The notes beneath the pieces are model-generated. The model saw nothing but the letters and a program-made list of their open reading frames with translations, ran no database searches and had not been told where the DNA came from. Both the position numbers and the translations under genes were made by a program. A stretch of DNA of 63,988 nucleotides, filler included, from Thelocarpon superellum (Eukaryota), in the NCBI GenBank assembly GCA_026025795.1. It is 3 parts of 3 records of this genome, joined end to end, with 100 filler letters (N's around TTAATTAATTAA, not from the genome) between each part and the next. Parts side by side here need not be neighbours in the genome. Positions count along the whole stretch, not along the records: positions 23,147 to 46,176 come from JAPEUG010000288.1; positions 46,277 to 63,988 come from JAPEUG010000370.1; 1 more part is not named here. One strand, 5' to 3'. Below are positions 46,135 through 57,400 of this stretch, piece by piece. The first letter of the stretch is position 1. Each line of letters starts with the position of its first letter.

Positions 46135-49100
46135 TCATTGGCCCGTGGCCAGCACGTAGCCGTTCGAGTAGGTCTGNNNNNNNNNNNNNNNNNNNNNNNN
46201 NNNNNNNNNNNNNNNNNNNNTTAATTAATTAANNNNNNNNNNNNNNNNNNNNNNNNNNNNNNNNNNNNNNNNNNNNGCTGCTGCTGCTGCTGCTGCTGCT
46301 GGAATTGCTGGAGCGGGAGATGCTGCTCGTATGGAACCGGCACGTACGCCGGTGGTGCGTGTGGAGGGTGGTGCTGAAGCGGCTGCGGCTGCGGCGCTTG
46401 CGCCTCGTGTTGATGCCGAAGCTCCTGATGCCGCCGCCATTCTAGTAGCTGATGGTGTTGCTGCGCAAAGGGCAGCGCTTGCCCGTCTGGGACCGCCTGC
46501 GCTTGCTGCTGCGGCGGCGGCGGCGGCGGCTGCTGCTGCTGCTCCTGGAGACGCTCGAGCTGGACTTCCTGATATCGCAGGCGTACTTCTTGCGTCTGCC
46601 GCTGCAGTGCCGCTTGCTCTCGGTGTCGTTGGATCGCGCGCATCTGTCCCTGCACCAGGCGCGTCTTCTCCTCCAGCCGTTGACGCTCCTCATCGTCCGC
46701 GAGCCGTGTCTGCCGCTCGTCCTCCTTCTGTCGACGCTGCGCTTCCTCCAACTCGTGCCGCTGCGTTTCCAGCTCGCGCTGCCGCCGATCCAGCTGCCGC
46801 TGCTGCTCGTCCAGCTGACGCTGCTTTTCGCCCAGCGCCCGCTCTCGCCGCTCCTCGACCTGCCCGGCGCGCGGCCGCTCCGCTTCCTCCCGGCCCGGGC
46901 CCATCTCCTCTTCGATCGCAATGTCGCCCGGCTCGAGCGGTGCCTCTCGCGGCGCTTCGTGCTCCATCCCCAGTTGCAATTCCTGCTGCGCCAGCACATG
47001 CGCTCCCTCGCGGCAGAGGTGCGCGGCCAGGCCATCGCCATGCGGGAAGCCGCGGCCACAGCGCGAACAGAGCCATTGCGCCTTGGCCGTATGCTTCTTG
47101 CCGTGATTCGTCGCCGACGACTGCCGGCTAAACCTCTGCTCGCACCCAAAGTCCTCCGCGAGCGGGCACGGAAACTTCAGGTCCGGCTCCGCCCTCGCCC
47201 GTGGTTTCGTCGTCGCTTTTTTCCCTCGCCGCCTCTTGCGAATCCCGCATTCCGCTGACCGTCTCTTGTCGCCGTCCGCGATGCCGGCGCTGACGCTGCC
47301 GCGATGGATGGAGCATTCGCCAACCGAGCGGGCGTCAACGCAGGCCTGGCACGGGACCTCGCGGTTGCACTGATGGCCGCCGTCAGCGCCGAGTCCGGCC
47401 ACCTGGGTGACACCGCGGGAGAAGTCAACCGGTCCACAAACCTTGATCTTCCGTCGACGGCATCGGAGGCACGGCGGCAGGCGGGCCGGCGTGGACTTGG
47501 ACGCCTTCTGCGCGGCCGCGGATCCACCTTGACGCGCGTCTTCGTCTTCGTCTTCCCCGTCCATGTCTTCGTCCATGTCCTCGTCCATGTCTTCCTCCAT
47601 CACCTCTTCTCCTTCCTCTTCCGCGTCCGCGCACTCATCGGCCGACTTGCCAGACGTGCTGCTGCGAGCATCGTCATCGTCATCGTTGCCGTCATCGTCA
47701 TCGTTGCCGTCATCGTCATCGTCCGCCTCCTCTAGCGTCTCCTCGTCCGTCTGGTCCACGTTGATCGGATTTTGCGGCGCGCCTTCCGGGACGACGAGAA
47801 GGCCATGGACCTCCACATGCCCGAAAGGGCCCATAGATCCGTCCGTGACGTTGGGAAGATTCATGGCGTCGTGAAGTCCCCCACTCTCCGTCGCTTCCAT
47901 CGCGGGGTGGTCAAAGCCGAGGGTCTCCGGCGCATTTGCGGCATTCGGCCGAGATGCCAGCTCGCCGGGGTCCATGAGCGGCGTCTCGTTGGTGATGAGC
48001 GCCATGGCGGCGGCAAAGGATGCCGCCTCGCGCAGGCTTCTCTCGGCGCCAGGGATCAGATCTGCGCCCAGGACCTGGTCGAAGCCGATGTCTTCCCCAG
48101 GGGACAAGAACATCTCATCCAGGCCGACCGTGGGGGTGGTGCCAGCCGGACGAAGCAACAACGGACCAGAGTCGTCCAGTGCCGCCGGATAAGAGAAGTT
48201 GTCGTCGCCTATGAAGGAGCGACCCAGCCCATCGAGGCCTTCGAGCCCTTCAAACGCATCCACGCCAGGCCCGCCATATTCTCCGTATCCATCTCCCTCA
48301 TTTATCTCATATCCTTCAATTCGCTCAGTTCCCTCGACCCCTTCAAATCCTTCATCCCCTTCATCCCCCTCATCCCCTCCATCCCCTTCATCCCCTTCCT
48401 CCCCTCCATCCCCTTCATCCCCGTCGTTTGCATCATCCACCTCGTCCATCTCGTCGAACCCATCCACCTCCACCTCCATGTCGACCGGAATGCCTTGGAT
48501 GACGGGGACCGCGGGCACGTTTGGCATGTCGTGGGTGAAAGCCACATTCGCAATGATGCCCATGTCTTGGCGAATCGCATCCAGGTCCATGGGAATCCAC
48601 TTGGGCGCCTGGCCAACATCCGCCAGATCTGCAGCCTTCTGCGAATCCTTCGCGTCCACGGGCCGGGTGGGGCGCGGGTCGCTCACCTTCGGAGACGAGG
48701 TGGCGGGCATGGGCGACGTGCGAGGGCGCCACATCTCCTCTGCGACTGGTGCCGCGGAAGCGTCGCCGTCCCGTGGGGGAGAGATTGCGTCGCCCATCAC
48801 CACGTCGACCTCGGTCGCGACGAGCAGGGGCGCTTCGCGAAAGAAGGGGGTACTGGGTAGGAACAACATGCGATCCGCCGGCGACCAGTTGGTCGGCGGG
48901 CATCCGCGCACACCGTCGCCGACGTTTCCGTTGGGCGCGGGCGCGGGCGCGAGCGCGGGCGCGGGCGCGGGCGGAATAATGGCCTTCTCTTCGTGATACG
49001 TTGCCAGCGCGCACTCGAATCGCGCGTCATTCTCCTTGGTGTCCCGGAGAGCGCGGTCGAGGATATGCTTCACCGCCCGGTCGAGCCCGCGAATGCGGCA

Positions 49101-50502
49101 GGAGCTACAGCCCTCTGGCCTGGGGCCGTAGCCCGGCGGCAGAAAATCCAGCACGTGCCTCTCGCAGTCACAGTCGGGACAGCGGCGGCGTTCGGCCAAA
49201 CGATTCTCGTCCCGGCATGGTTGGCACACATTGGAGGCGCCGGCCGGGTCATCGGGGGCGAAGGAGATGCGAAAACGCTGCACGTGCCTACATTCGAGAC
49301 ACTGGCGGGTCTACCAGGGCATCAGCGTTGCCGCGGCGCTCATCCGGCCGGATCGCGACTTACCCGACACGCGCGGCAATTTCGCTCCGACCACCGCGGG
49401 TCAAACTGGTGGCCAAAGACCTGATGGGGCACGGTAGCCTGGCACTGAAAGCAGCGCCACATCAGATGCGCCGGCCAGCCCCAGCTATTCAGCGGCCCGC
49501 GCACATGAATGGCCGGCAGATGCGGCGACGCCGGCCCTGCTGCGCCGTCCGCCGTGCCTGCTCCGGCGACCCGGCCGGCAGGTCGTCCCCACGCCTCCTG
49601 CTCCAGGCGCCGCGCCGTAGGTGGGCGGCGGCCCTGACGCGGGGGCACCTCGAGGTGATCTCCATATCGTCTCTTTCGCGCCACCCGCCGGGCGCCGGCT
49701 GGCGCGTTCGGGGCCGGCCTCCTCTTCTCCGCCGTCCTCCGCGTGGTCCGGGTGGATTCGGCGGACGCCGTCGGTTTCGGGGCCGAAGGCAAGCGCAGGA
49801 TGCCATAAGGGGAGGTAGTGAAGGTGTTGGGGGTGGCCTCCGGGGGGCCTCGCCGCCGGCGCGATCGGCGGCCATAGAGAGGGGCCCTCGGGACCCGAAG
49901 CTGGTAGGTGGAGATGTGGTGTGACGGGATCGGCGTGGGCGTGGGCGTGGGTGGGGCGTCCGGCAGGGGTCCATCAACATCCGTAACCTCGATTTGGGGA
50001 ATGGCAATGGGAATGTGCGCCGGCGGCGGCGGGGCCGGTGCGGGTGCGAGTGTGGCCTGGATCGTGGGAAAGGGAGCGACGGGACCGCAGAAGGGCAAGG
50101 CGCCTGGCGCGGACGGGGGCAGCTCACACAAGACAGGGGGTGGAGGGAAGCCGAGGAAGTGGCCCTGATGAGAGCGCAGATCGAGCAGCAGTTGATACCG
50201 AAAGGGCGTGTCCGGCCGTTTCACCGTGGTGCGCGCCAGACAACGGGCCATGCGTGTGCGGTGAGCTGGCGGGGCGTCAACAATGAGACCTGCGGCCCAA
50301 TGGAGCCCGACTTCTACTCACCATGGAGGGCAAGATCTACCCTCAGGGTCGCGGGGAAGTCCTCGGCGCGGATGGCGTACAGACATACTTGCTTGAACCG
50401 GCCAATGTCGAGCGCCACGAGGTAGCCTTCGTAGAATACATGGAGCTGCTCCACCCACCACTCGATCTGCTGCAACGCCTCCCACCCCGCCGCTTCCATC
50501 AT
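46135..50502 (-). CDS. Multi-zinc-finger protein (3 CxxC..CxxC modules, acidic region, Zn2Cys6, C2H2 fingers, coiled coil, polyQ); 4 exons, spans the gap
   Basis: Introns 50266-50321 (GTGAGT..CAG), 49311-49363 (GTAAGT..TAG) and 47370-47441 (GTTTGT..CAG) join three ORFs in frame; spliced CLRCRRRKIKCNREVPCQACVDARSVGEC; across the gap CAG...TGA gives QTYSNGYVLATGQ* (tentative end). Confidence 0.75.
46177..46276. other. Assembly gap with artificial spacer (44N-TTAATTAATTAA-44N)
   Basis: Identical to the first gap; lies in a CAG/CTG polyQ tract. Confidence 0.97.
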
Positions 50503-50704
50503 GCAACACGCGTGGGAAGCATGGACGGCACCGGCGACGAGGGGAGGGGAGAGAGCAGAGCGGCAGGAGAGAAGCTAGGTGGGGCGGGATCTACAACGAC
50601 AGAGCAGCTGGCTGAGCGGCGAGCATGGTGGGCGGGGGGGCATCTATATAGCGAGCACAAAGGACCCCCAGGGCCCGTACCATGACCCGTACCGCTACCC
50701 GTCC

Positions 50705-50783
50705 GCTATCCTTACGCTATCCTTACGCTACCCGGACCACTACCCGGATCACTACCCGAACCACTACCCGAACCACTGCCCGG
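50705..50783. repeat. Short tandem repeats upstream of the zinc-finger gene
   Basis: (GCTATCCTTAC)x2 followed by ~4.5 copies of 12-bp CTACCCG(G/A)A(C/T)CA. Confidence 0.8.
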
Positions 50784-52470
50784 CAGTCGTGACAGCTCAA
50801 GCGCAGCGAAGCCCGAGTGCCAGCCAAGCGATGGCCTGAGCCATCCCACTCTTCCCTCCCGACACCGTATCGGCAACGCCCAGAGCCCCGAGGCCAGGCA
50901 TCCGACTAGCCCTTCCCACCCTGGTACAGCCGCGTCAACACATGGGTGTGGTCGGGGCCGGTCCGTTGGCGTCTCCCGAGCGTTGCGAGGGTCGAGGGTT
51001 CAGATGTGAGCATCTCGACCGATCGGCTGGCGTGGGCGGGCCTCTCGCCGGCGCGGCTCTGTGTGCTCTACTCGCGTGCCCCAACGACGAGGTACTCGCA
51101 ACATCCTCGTCCCGTACGCACGCGTCCGGAGGCGAGTCCGTCACTGCGTCCCGTGTCCGCGCTCGCAACTGTCCTCGCGCTGGAGTCGCCGTGGGTCGCG
51201 TTCCGGGTGGGCCCTACGACTCGCCGCACCCCTCCCCCCCTCCCCCTCCCTCCATGTGCGCGCTATTTGAAGGTCGGTACGAGCCGGACTCGGTACCTCT
51301 AAGCCTAGGGTGCAAAGTACCTCGTACGGGAGTGCCCGACTCGACCCGGCTCGCCTGCAGCGTGACCAGGACCAGGCAATGGCACGCTAGGCGCTTGCTC
51401 GCCCTCGGGCATCGAGGCTCGACTTACAGTTACATATTGACGGCGCAGTGGCGTACGGGTCTTCCCACGCCTCGTCATGGACACTGGACCCGGGCTCGAC
51501 CGTCGCCCGTGGCCCGTGGCCCGTGGCCCGTATCGGGGAAGACGGTCGCGCAGCGGCGAAGACGCGCTATCGATCCGCTCATGGGAAGCAGGGAGGGGGA
51601 TGGGCAAGGAGCGAGGAGGGAAGGGCGAGGAGCGAGGAGCGAGGAGCGAGAAGCCATCCGCCGCTAGTAGCCAGCAGTGGAGGGTTTCGGCCCAATCGCA
51701 CGCATACCTCGCACCTAGACGCATGTCGTGCATCACCCTGGCTTTCAACCCTCCAATCGCCCAGGTCGATGATGGAGGAGCCATCCGTGGACAAGCTGTC
51801 CACCGCCCTCTGATAGGGAGGGTGGCGGCGAGCATTTCCATCCCGTCCAGCCCACGCCGCCACCCTGCGGCCCTGCCGGGGCCGCGTCCGCGCCTGGGAA
51901 CCCCGTCTGACGACAAGCCACCGTAGGCCATGGGGGAGGGAGGCGTTTGGGGGCCCCATCACGTCGTAGCCATGGCCCTTGGTCCTGGCCTTGCCAGCCT
52001 CGAGATAGTATCTTTCCAGCGCCGGCAGCTGACGCACTAGCGACGACGGAACGCTTCGGATGCGGCGCTTGACGGCTTCCCGGCCGGCGAAGAGCCCGTG
52101 CGCGGGCGCCGATCGGGCGCCCTCCAACGCTGGAGCCGAGTGACGGATGCCGCCCACCCGTCAATTTGTGATGGCCACCATTCTGTCTTGGTCCACCATT
52201 GTGACGCGTCGAGGAGCGGTGGAGGAAAGGCGATGCGACCGGCTGCTGCGAGGGCGCCGCCACGACGCTCAGGCAGAGGGGCCTGCCTCTCCGCGGCGGC
52301 GGCGAGTATGGACCCGCACGACTAGGGCGTCGGCTGCATCACTTGCATCATTTGTATCTCCTGCATATCTGCACCGTCTGCCCCATCTGCACCACCTACG
52401 GGCTCTCCGCCAATTGCCGGTCGCTCGGTCGTTCCTGTGACTCCGGTGCAAGCACCAGTTCGAACCCTTG

Positions 52471-52505
52471 CTTGCACCTTGCACCTTGCACCTTGCACCT
52501 TGCAC
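52471..52505. repeat. (CTTGCAC)x5 perfect heptamer repeat
   Basis: cttgcac x5, preceded by an inverted copy ggtgcaagca at 52445-52454. Confidence 0.9.
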
Positions 52506-54460
52506 ACTGCAGCGCCAGTAGTGTGAGCGCGGCGATGCCCGGCCGCTCCTGTCGTCGGCGTTCAGTGGCGCCATCTGCCCTCGTCATCGTAGCCGAAGTT
52601 CGCGCCGCTCGTCACCTTACGTCTCCTCGCCCGAGGAGAGCGTCCGTGGTCCTCGGTTTCTTGTCCCATGTCCGCTTGACCTCCGACTTTGCAGCCGTCT
52701 CGACTGCAGGCCATCGGCACCCGCAGACGCGACCGTCGGGAGGTACGCACCCCATCTACGCCGGATGATTCGTCCCACCGGCGATGAGCGTACGTATCCC
52801 CAAGGTAGGCTCGACAGGATTAGAATCATGTTGCATCGAAATGTTTCACTTGGTCGTTTGGCGCACCTTGTCCCTCCGCCACCGATCCAACCTGACGCAC
52901 CGAAGTGACCGACCCACATGCCTGCATCGCTCCGTCGTCTGCAGCCCCCCTGGCCAAGGGCGTGGTCATGGACGTTCACTGGCTCGATGCGGTCAGCGCG
53001 GGAGATTTTGGCTCCCTCGCTCCATACGCATGGGAAGGGGAGGGAGGGCCGGTGGGCCTCGACGGCGTGATGAGGCGGTGGTGATTCCATGGCCAGCCGC
53101 GTGCCAATGATCCACCACGGTCACGGCGATCACTAATCCCTGCCCCTCAACGGTCGCGACCTACAGCGCCATTCCTGTCCCCGGTGGGCGGGTCATACGC
53201 ATGACGCGCTCAATCAGCCCTCTCCCTCCGATTCTAGCCTCGCGTGGGTGACAATGTGACATGTCCATCTCCACCACCTGTCGTAGGCTAGAGACGGGAC
53301 GTGACGAGGGAGACACAACGCAAGCGGGCGTGGTCCGGGCCACGGCATCGCCGCCGGCTTCACCGCCTGCACCCGGGCCAGCCAACGCATCCGTCGTCAG
53401 TGGTACCGGGGACGACGACGCGGATCCCGGGCAGGCGAGAGGCGAAGCGGGTGCCGGCGTTCGTTGACCCGGCGTGCGTTGCCCCGTCCCGATCGCCACT
53501 ACGGATCGACGGCGGCGTGTCTCGGCCACTGCTGCGACGACGGCATTCGCCGGCACGGTCGACCCAACGGCGGCGCTTGGGGAGCGTGGACCGATTGCCA
53601 CGGGGATGCCGGGTAGGCGTCCGACGATGGCATCGTGTCCTGAAGACACAACACCTCGTCCGAGCGGGTTGGCTCACGCTCGTCTGGGATGAAGTGAAGC
53701 CCTCGCTGGGCCCTCCATCATGAAGGGCTGCTGCACGGCCTGCTCCCCGCCGCCAGACCATCCTTTCTCGAGCCGTGCTCCCGTTCCCTCTCTTCCCTCT
53801 CTCCAACAGTAAAGGGCTATACACCACGTTCCCAGGTATTCACTCGTCCTGTGCTATTCGACTGAGCCTGAACATTGGCGATGAGCCCTTACGCTGCCTG
53901 TCGGCGAGAACAAGCGCGACAAAGTTGCTCCGTGATGAACATCTCAAGGCATGGAATTGTGTTCCACCAATTCACTTTGCCGGCTCGTCTTCTCTTGGTG
54001 TTATTGACTGGCTACATGGCGAGCGCTCACTTTCGAGCGATCTTTCTCACCTCCAGACAACCCGGTCTTCTGTCCTCCGACCCTTCCCTCTCTCTTGACT
54101 CTTCTCTTCTCACTCTTCATTCGTCTGCTCGTAACATTGGTGCCACCGGCGGACTTTCTGGTCTTGCTTTGCTCCCGTCGGCGCATCCTTCTCGCCCCAC
54201 GCAAGAAGAGCACCTCCCTTTCACCGACTCCTTGCCTCTCCTCCTTTCCACTCATCCTTCTCCCTTCGTCCTCCACCAAGCACCAGGACGAGGCGCCAGG
54301 CCGGCCTCACCCCCGCCTTCGACGAGGCTGTGGAGGTGACCGAACCGAGAGAGCACCGCACCAGCAGTGGAAGCGTGTGGGCAATCACCTCGGAATCACT
54401 CGACTCACTTGTCCACGAACGCAGGTCAAGCGAGGCCAGGCCTCATCTGGAGCCTGCAAC

Positions 54461-57400
54461 ATGCCGGCGGAAGACGAGCCTCACCGCGAGAGGGAGGTGG
54501 ATCTGCGCCAGTCCACGCTGGGAGCCCTCGTGGCGGTGCCGCCGCCGCCGTCGGCCGGGCTACCGCCGAAAACGCACCGCGTCAAGCCAAGCCCTGCAGC
54601 CGCAAACCTGCCGCGCCGTCCCCTGCAAGGCGTGCCACCCGCCGACCGGCGTCGCCACAACTTCGTCTTCGCCACGGCGCGCGTGAGTGCGAAGGCGATG
54701 GCGCCGCGACCGGCGCCCAAGGCGCAACGACCATCTGCTCCCCCTCCACGCTCTCGCCCTCGTCCATCCATAGCGACGCCGGCGCTCGCGCTCGCGCTCG
54801 CGCTCGATCGTACGCCGCCCGTCAACGCGCCGCGGGCTCCGGCCGCCATGCGTCGTCCGGTCGGTGGGAAAGCGGGTCCGGCTGCAGGTCTGGCGCCGCC
54901 CAGCCCCGCCGGAGCGAAGCAGCCCAAGCCGACCTTCTATCGCCCTGCGCCCACGCCGGCCGTCGTCGGTCCCGTACCCGCCAACCCTTCGCCCAAAACC
55001 CATACGCGGGCCAGCGCCGGCGACGAGAGCTGGCGAGCCAATCCCGAGATCGCGGTCAGAGTCCGCGGGCTGCCCAAGACCATCACGACGCAGGAGGTCT
55101 GGGACATGCTCCACGCCTACGGCGCCATCGACTTCATCGAGCTCTTCGAGGACCGATCCGGTCAGAAGGATGGGTGCGCACGCATTCGATTTCGGTACGT
55201 GTCCGGTTGGTTCCATGATGAAGACGGTCCCACTGATGACGTGCAGGCCTCCTCCCGCCGCGCCGTTCTGGACGCACGCTCACGCTGTGCCGGCCGCAGT
55301 CCCAGGGGGTCGAGCGACGCCGGTGGAGATGATGCTCGAGCGTGCCCGCGTGGGGATGGTCCCGCATCCGGCGAAGCCGCACATGCGGCTGGCGGAACGA
55401 ACGGTGGTGCCCATCGAGCGCATCGACTTTGGCTTCATGTCGGACGTCATGACCATGACGGCCATGCATCGCACCGTGCGCGACGGGGACATGAGCATGG
55501 TCCTGGACTTCAATCTGGACCGACGCGAGATGGACATTCAGTTTGACCTCGCCCTGGTCGATCCCCGCGATCCCGGCGCGAAAGCAGCCCGCCGCGTCGT
55601 GTCGATGGCGGACCTGGACCGCGGCGTGGGCGGTCTCAATCGGGTCGAGCGATACCGCTTCCGCATCCCGCTCGAGCAGTTACGCACGATGCACCAAGTC
55701 GGGCAGACGGCGCGAACGTCGACCGTGGTCATCAGCCTCGACTCCCCGCCCAATTTCTACCGCAAAGCCGTCGGCCAGCAGATGGAGAGCAGCCACGAGG
55801 GAGGCGCGAGCACGTGGAGCGAGTGGGACACGTGGTACCGCACGACGGATATCGTCTACGATCCCACCACGCTCCGCCACGCCCCCCTGGCGCTGCAGAA
55901 GGCGCGGCCGGTGATTGACATTGGCCGCTGGACCACCTATCGACTGGAGCTGACGCGCGGCACCAAGCCCTATCAGAGCGTGGAGAGCCTGTGCGCCGCG
56001 CTCGCCGCATACAACGTGCCCGTGCATCCCGCGCCCGAGCTCCGGGTGGTGGAGCAGGCGGGGCCGGCGGTGTGGGAGTGGCTCGATCCGCCCGTGCACG
56101 TGCCCCGCGCCGGCACGTCGTCCTTGGCCTCGCTGGCCGACCTCCAGGCGCCGCCCCGGCCCCGCTTGGACTTTGCGGTGCGGTATCAGCTCGAGGTGTG
56201 CCTCTCGCACGGCTACTTGAACGAGTACGCCCTCGGGGAGGAGTTCCTCGCACGCCTGGCGCGGCTGGAGAAGCGGCGCGCGGTCGGGCTCCTGGAGCAG
56301 GTGGCGTTGCGGAAGCAGCGCGTGTACCGGCCGCTGAGCGTGTTTGCGCCGCAATACCTCATCCACGCGCCCGTGGCCAAGCCCAAGATCCCGGCCTACT
56401 GCATCCACGCGCGCAAGGCCATCGTGACGCCGAGCACCATCTACTTCGCCTCGCCGCAGGTCGAGACGTCGAACCGCGTGGTGCGGCGCTACCTGGAGCA
56501 CGCGGACCGCTTCCTGCGGGTGCAGTTCACGGACGAGAAGTTCCAGGGCCGGATCCACAGCAGCAAGAGGACGAGCAACGAGGTGCTCACGCGCATCCAG
56601 CGCACCATGGTTAACGGCATCACGGTGGGCGCGCGGCACTTTGACTTCCTCGCCTTTGGCAACTCGCAGTTCCGCGAGAACGGGGCGTACTTCTTCGCGC
56701 CGACGCCCTACCTCTGCGCCGCCGACATCCGGGCGTGGATGGGCAACTTCAGCAAGATCCGGGTGCCGGCCAAGTACGCCGCGCGCCTGGGCCAATGCTT
56801 CTCCACCACGCGCGCCATCCACGGCACGCGCGTGCAGATCCAGGAGCTGGACGACGTCACCACGCCCTACACGACGACCGACGGCCGCGCGGCCCGGTAC
56901 ACCTTCACCGACGGCGTCGGCAAGATCTCGGACTTCTTGGCGCGGCTGGTGGCCAGCGAGCTGAGCCTGCCGTCGGTGCCGTCGGTGCTGCAGTTCCGCC
57001 TCGGCGGCTGCAAGGGCGTGCTGACGACGTGGCCCGACGCGCGCGACCGGGCCATCTACATCCGTCCCAGCCAGTACAAGTTCCCGGCCATCCACAATGG
57101 CCTGGAGATCAACCGCTGGTCGCAGTTCAGCGCCGCCGCGCTCAATCGCCAGCTCATCGTGGTCTTGTCGGCGCTGGGCGTGCCGGACGAGGTCTTCCTC
57201 CGCAAGCAGGCCAAGATGCTCGCGGACATTGAGGAGGCGGCGCGGGACCAAGCGCTGGCCGTCACGCTGCTCGGCAAGTTTGTCGACCCCAACCAGATGA
57301 CGCGCACGCTGGCGGGCATGATCCTCGACGGCTTCATGACGCGCGACGACCCCTTTGTCGTGTCGCTGCTGCAGCTGTGGCGCGCGTGGTCGATCAAGTA

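Noticed and set aside
52400..52480. tRNA gene suggested by GTTCGAACC
   Set aside because: No acceptor, D or anticodon stems could be built; kept only as a hairpin/B-box-like observation.
50520..54400. Many 100-240-aa ORFs in the long intergenic region
   Set aside because: R/G/P/A-rich overlapping ORFs typical of GC-rich noncoding DNA; no motifs or convincing splice model. A small gene cannot be excluded without RNA-seq.
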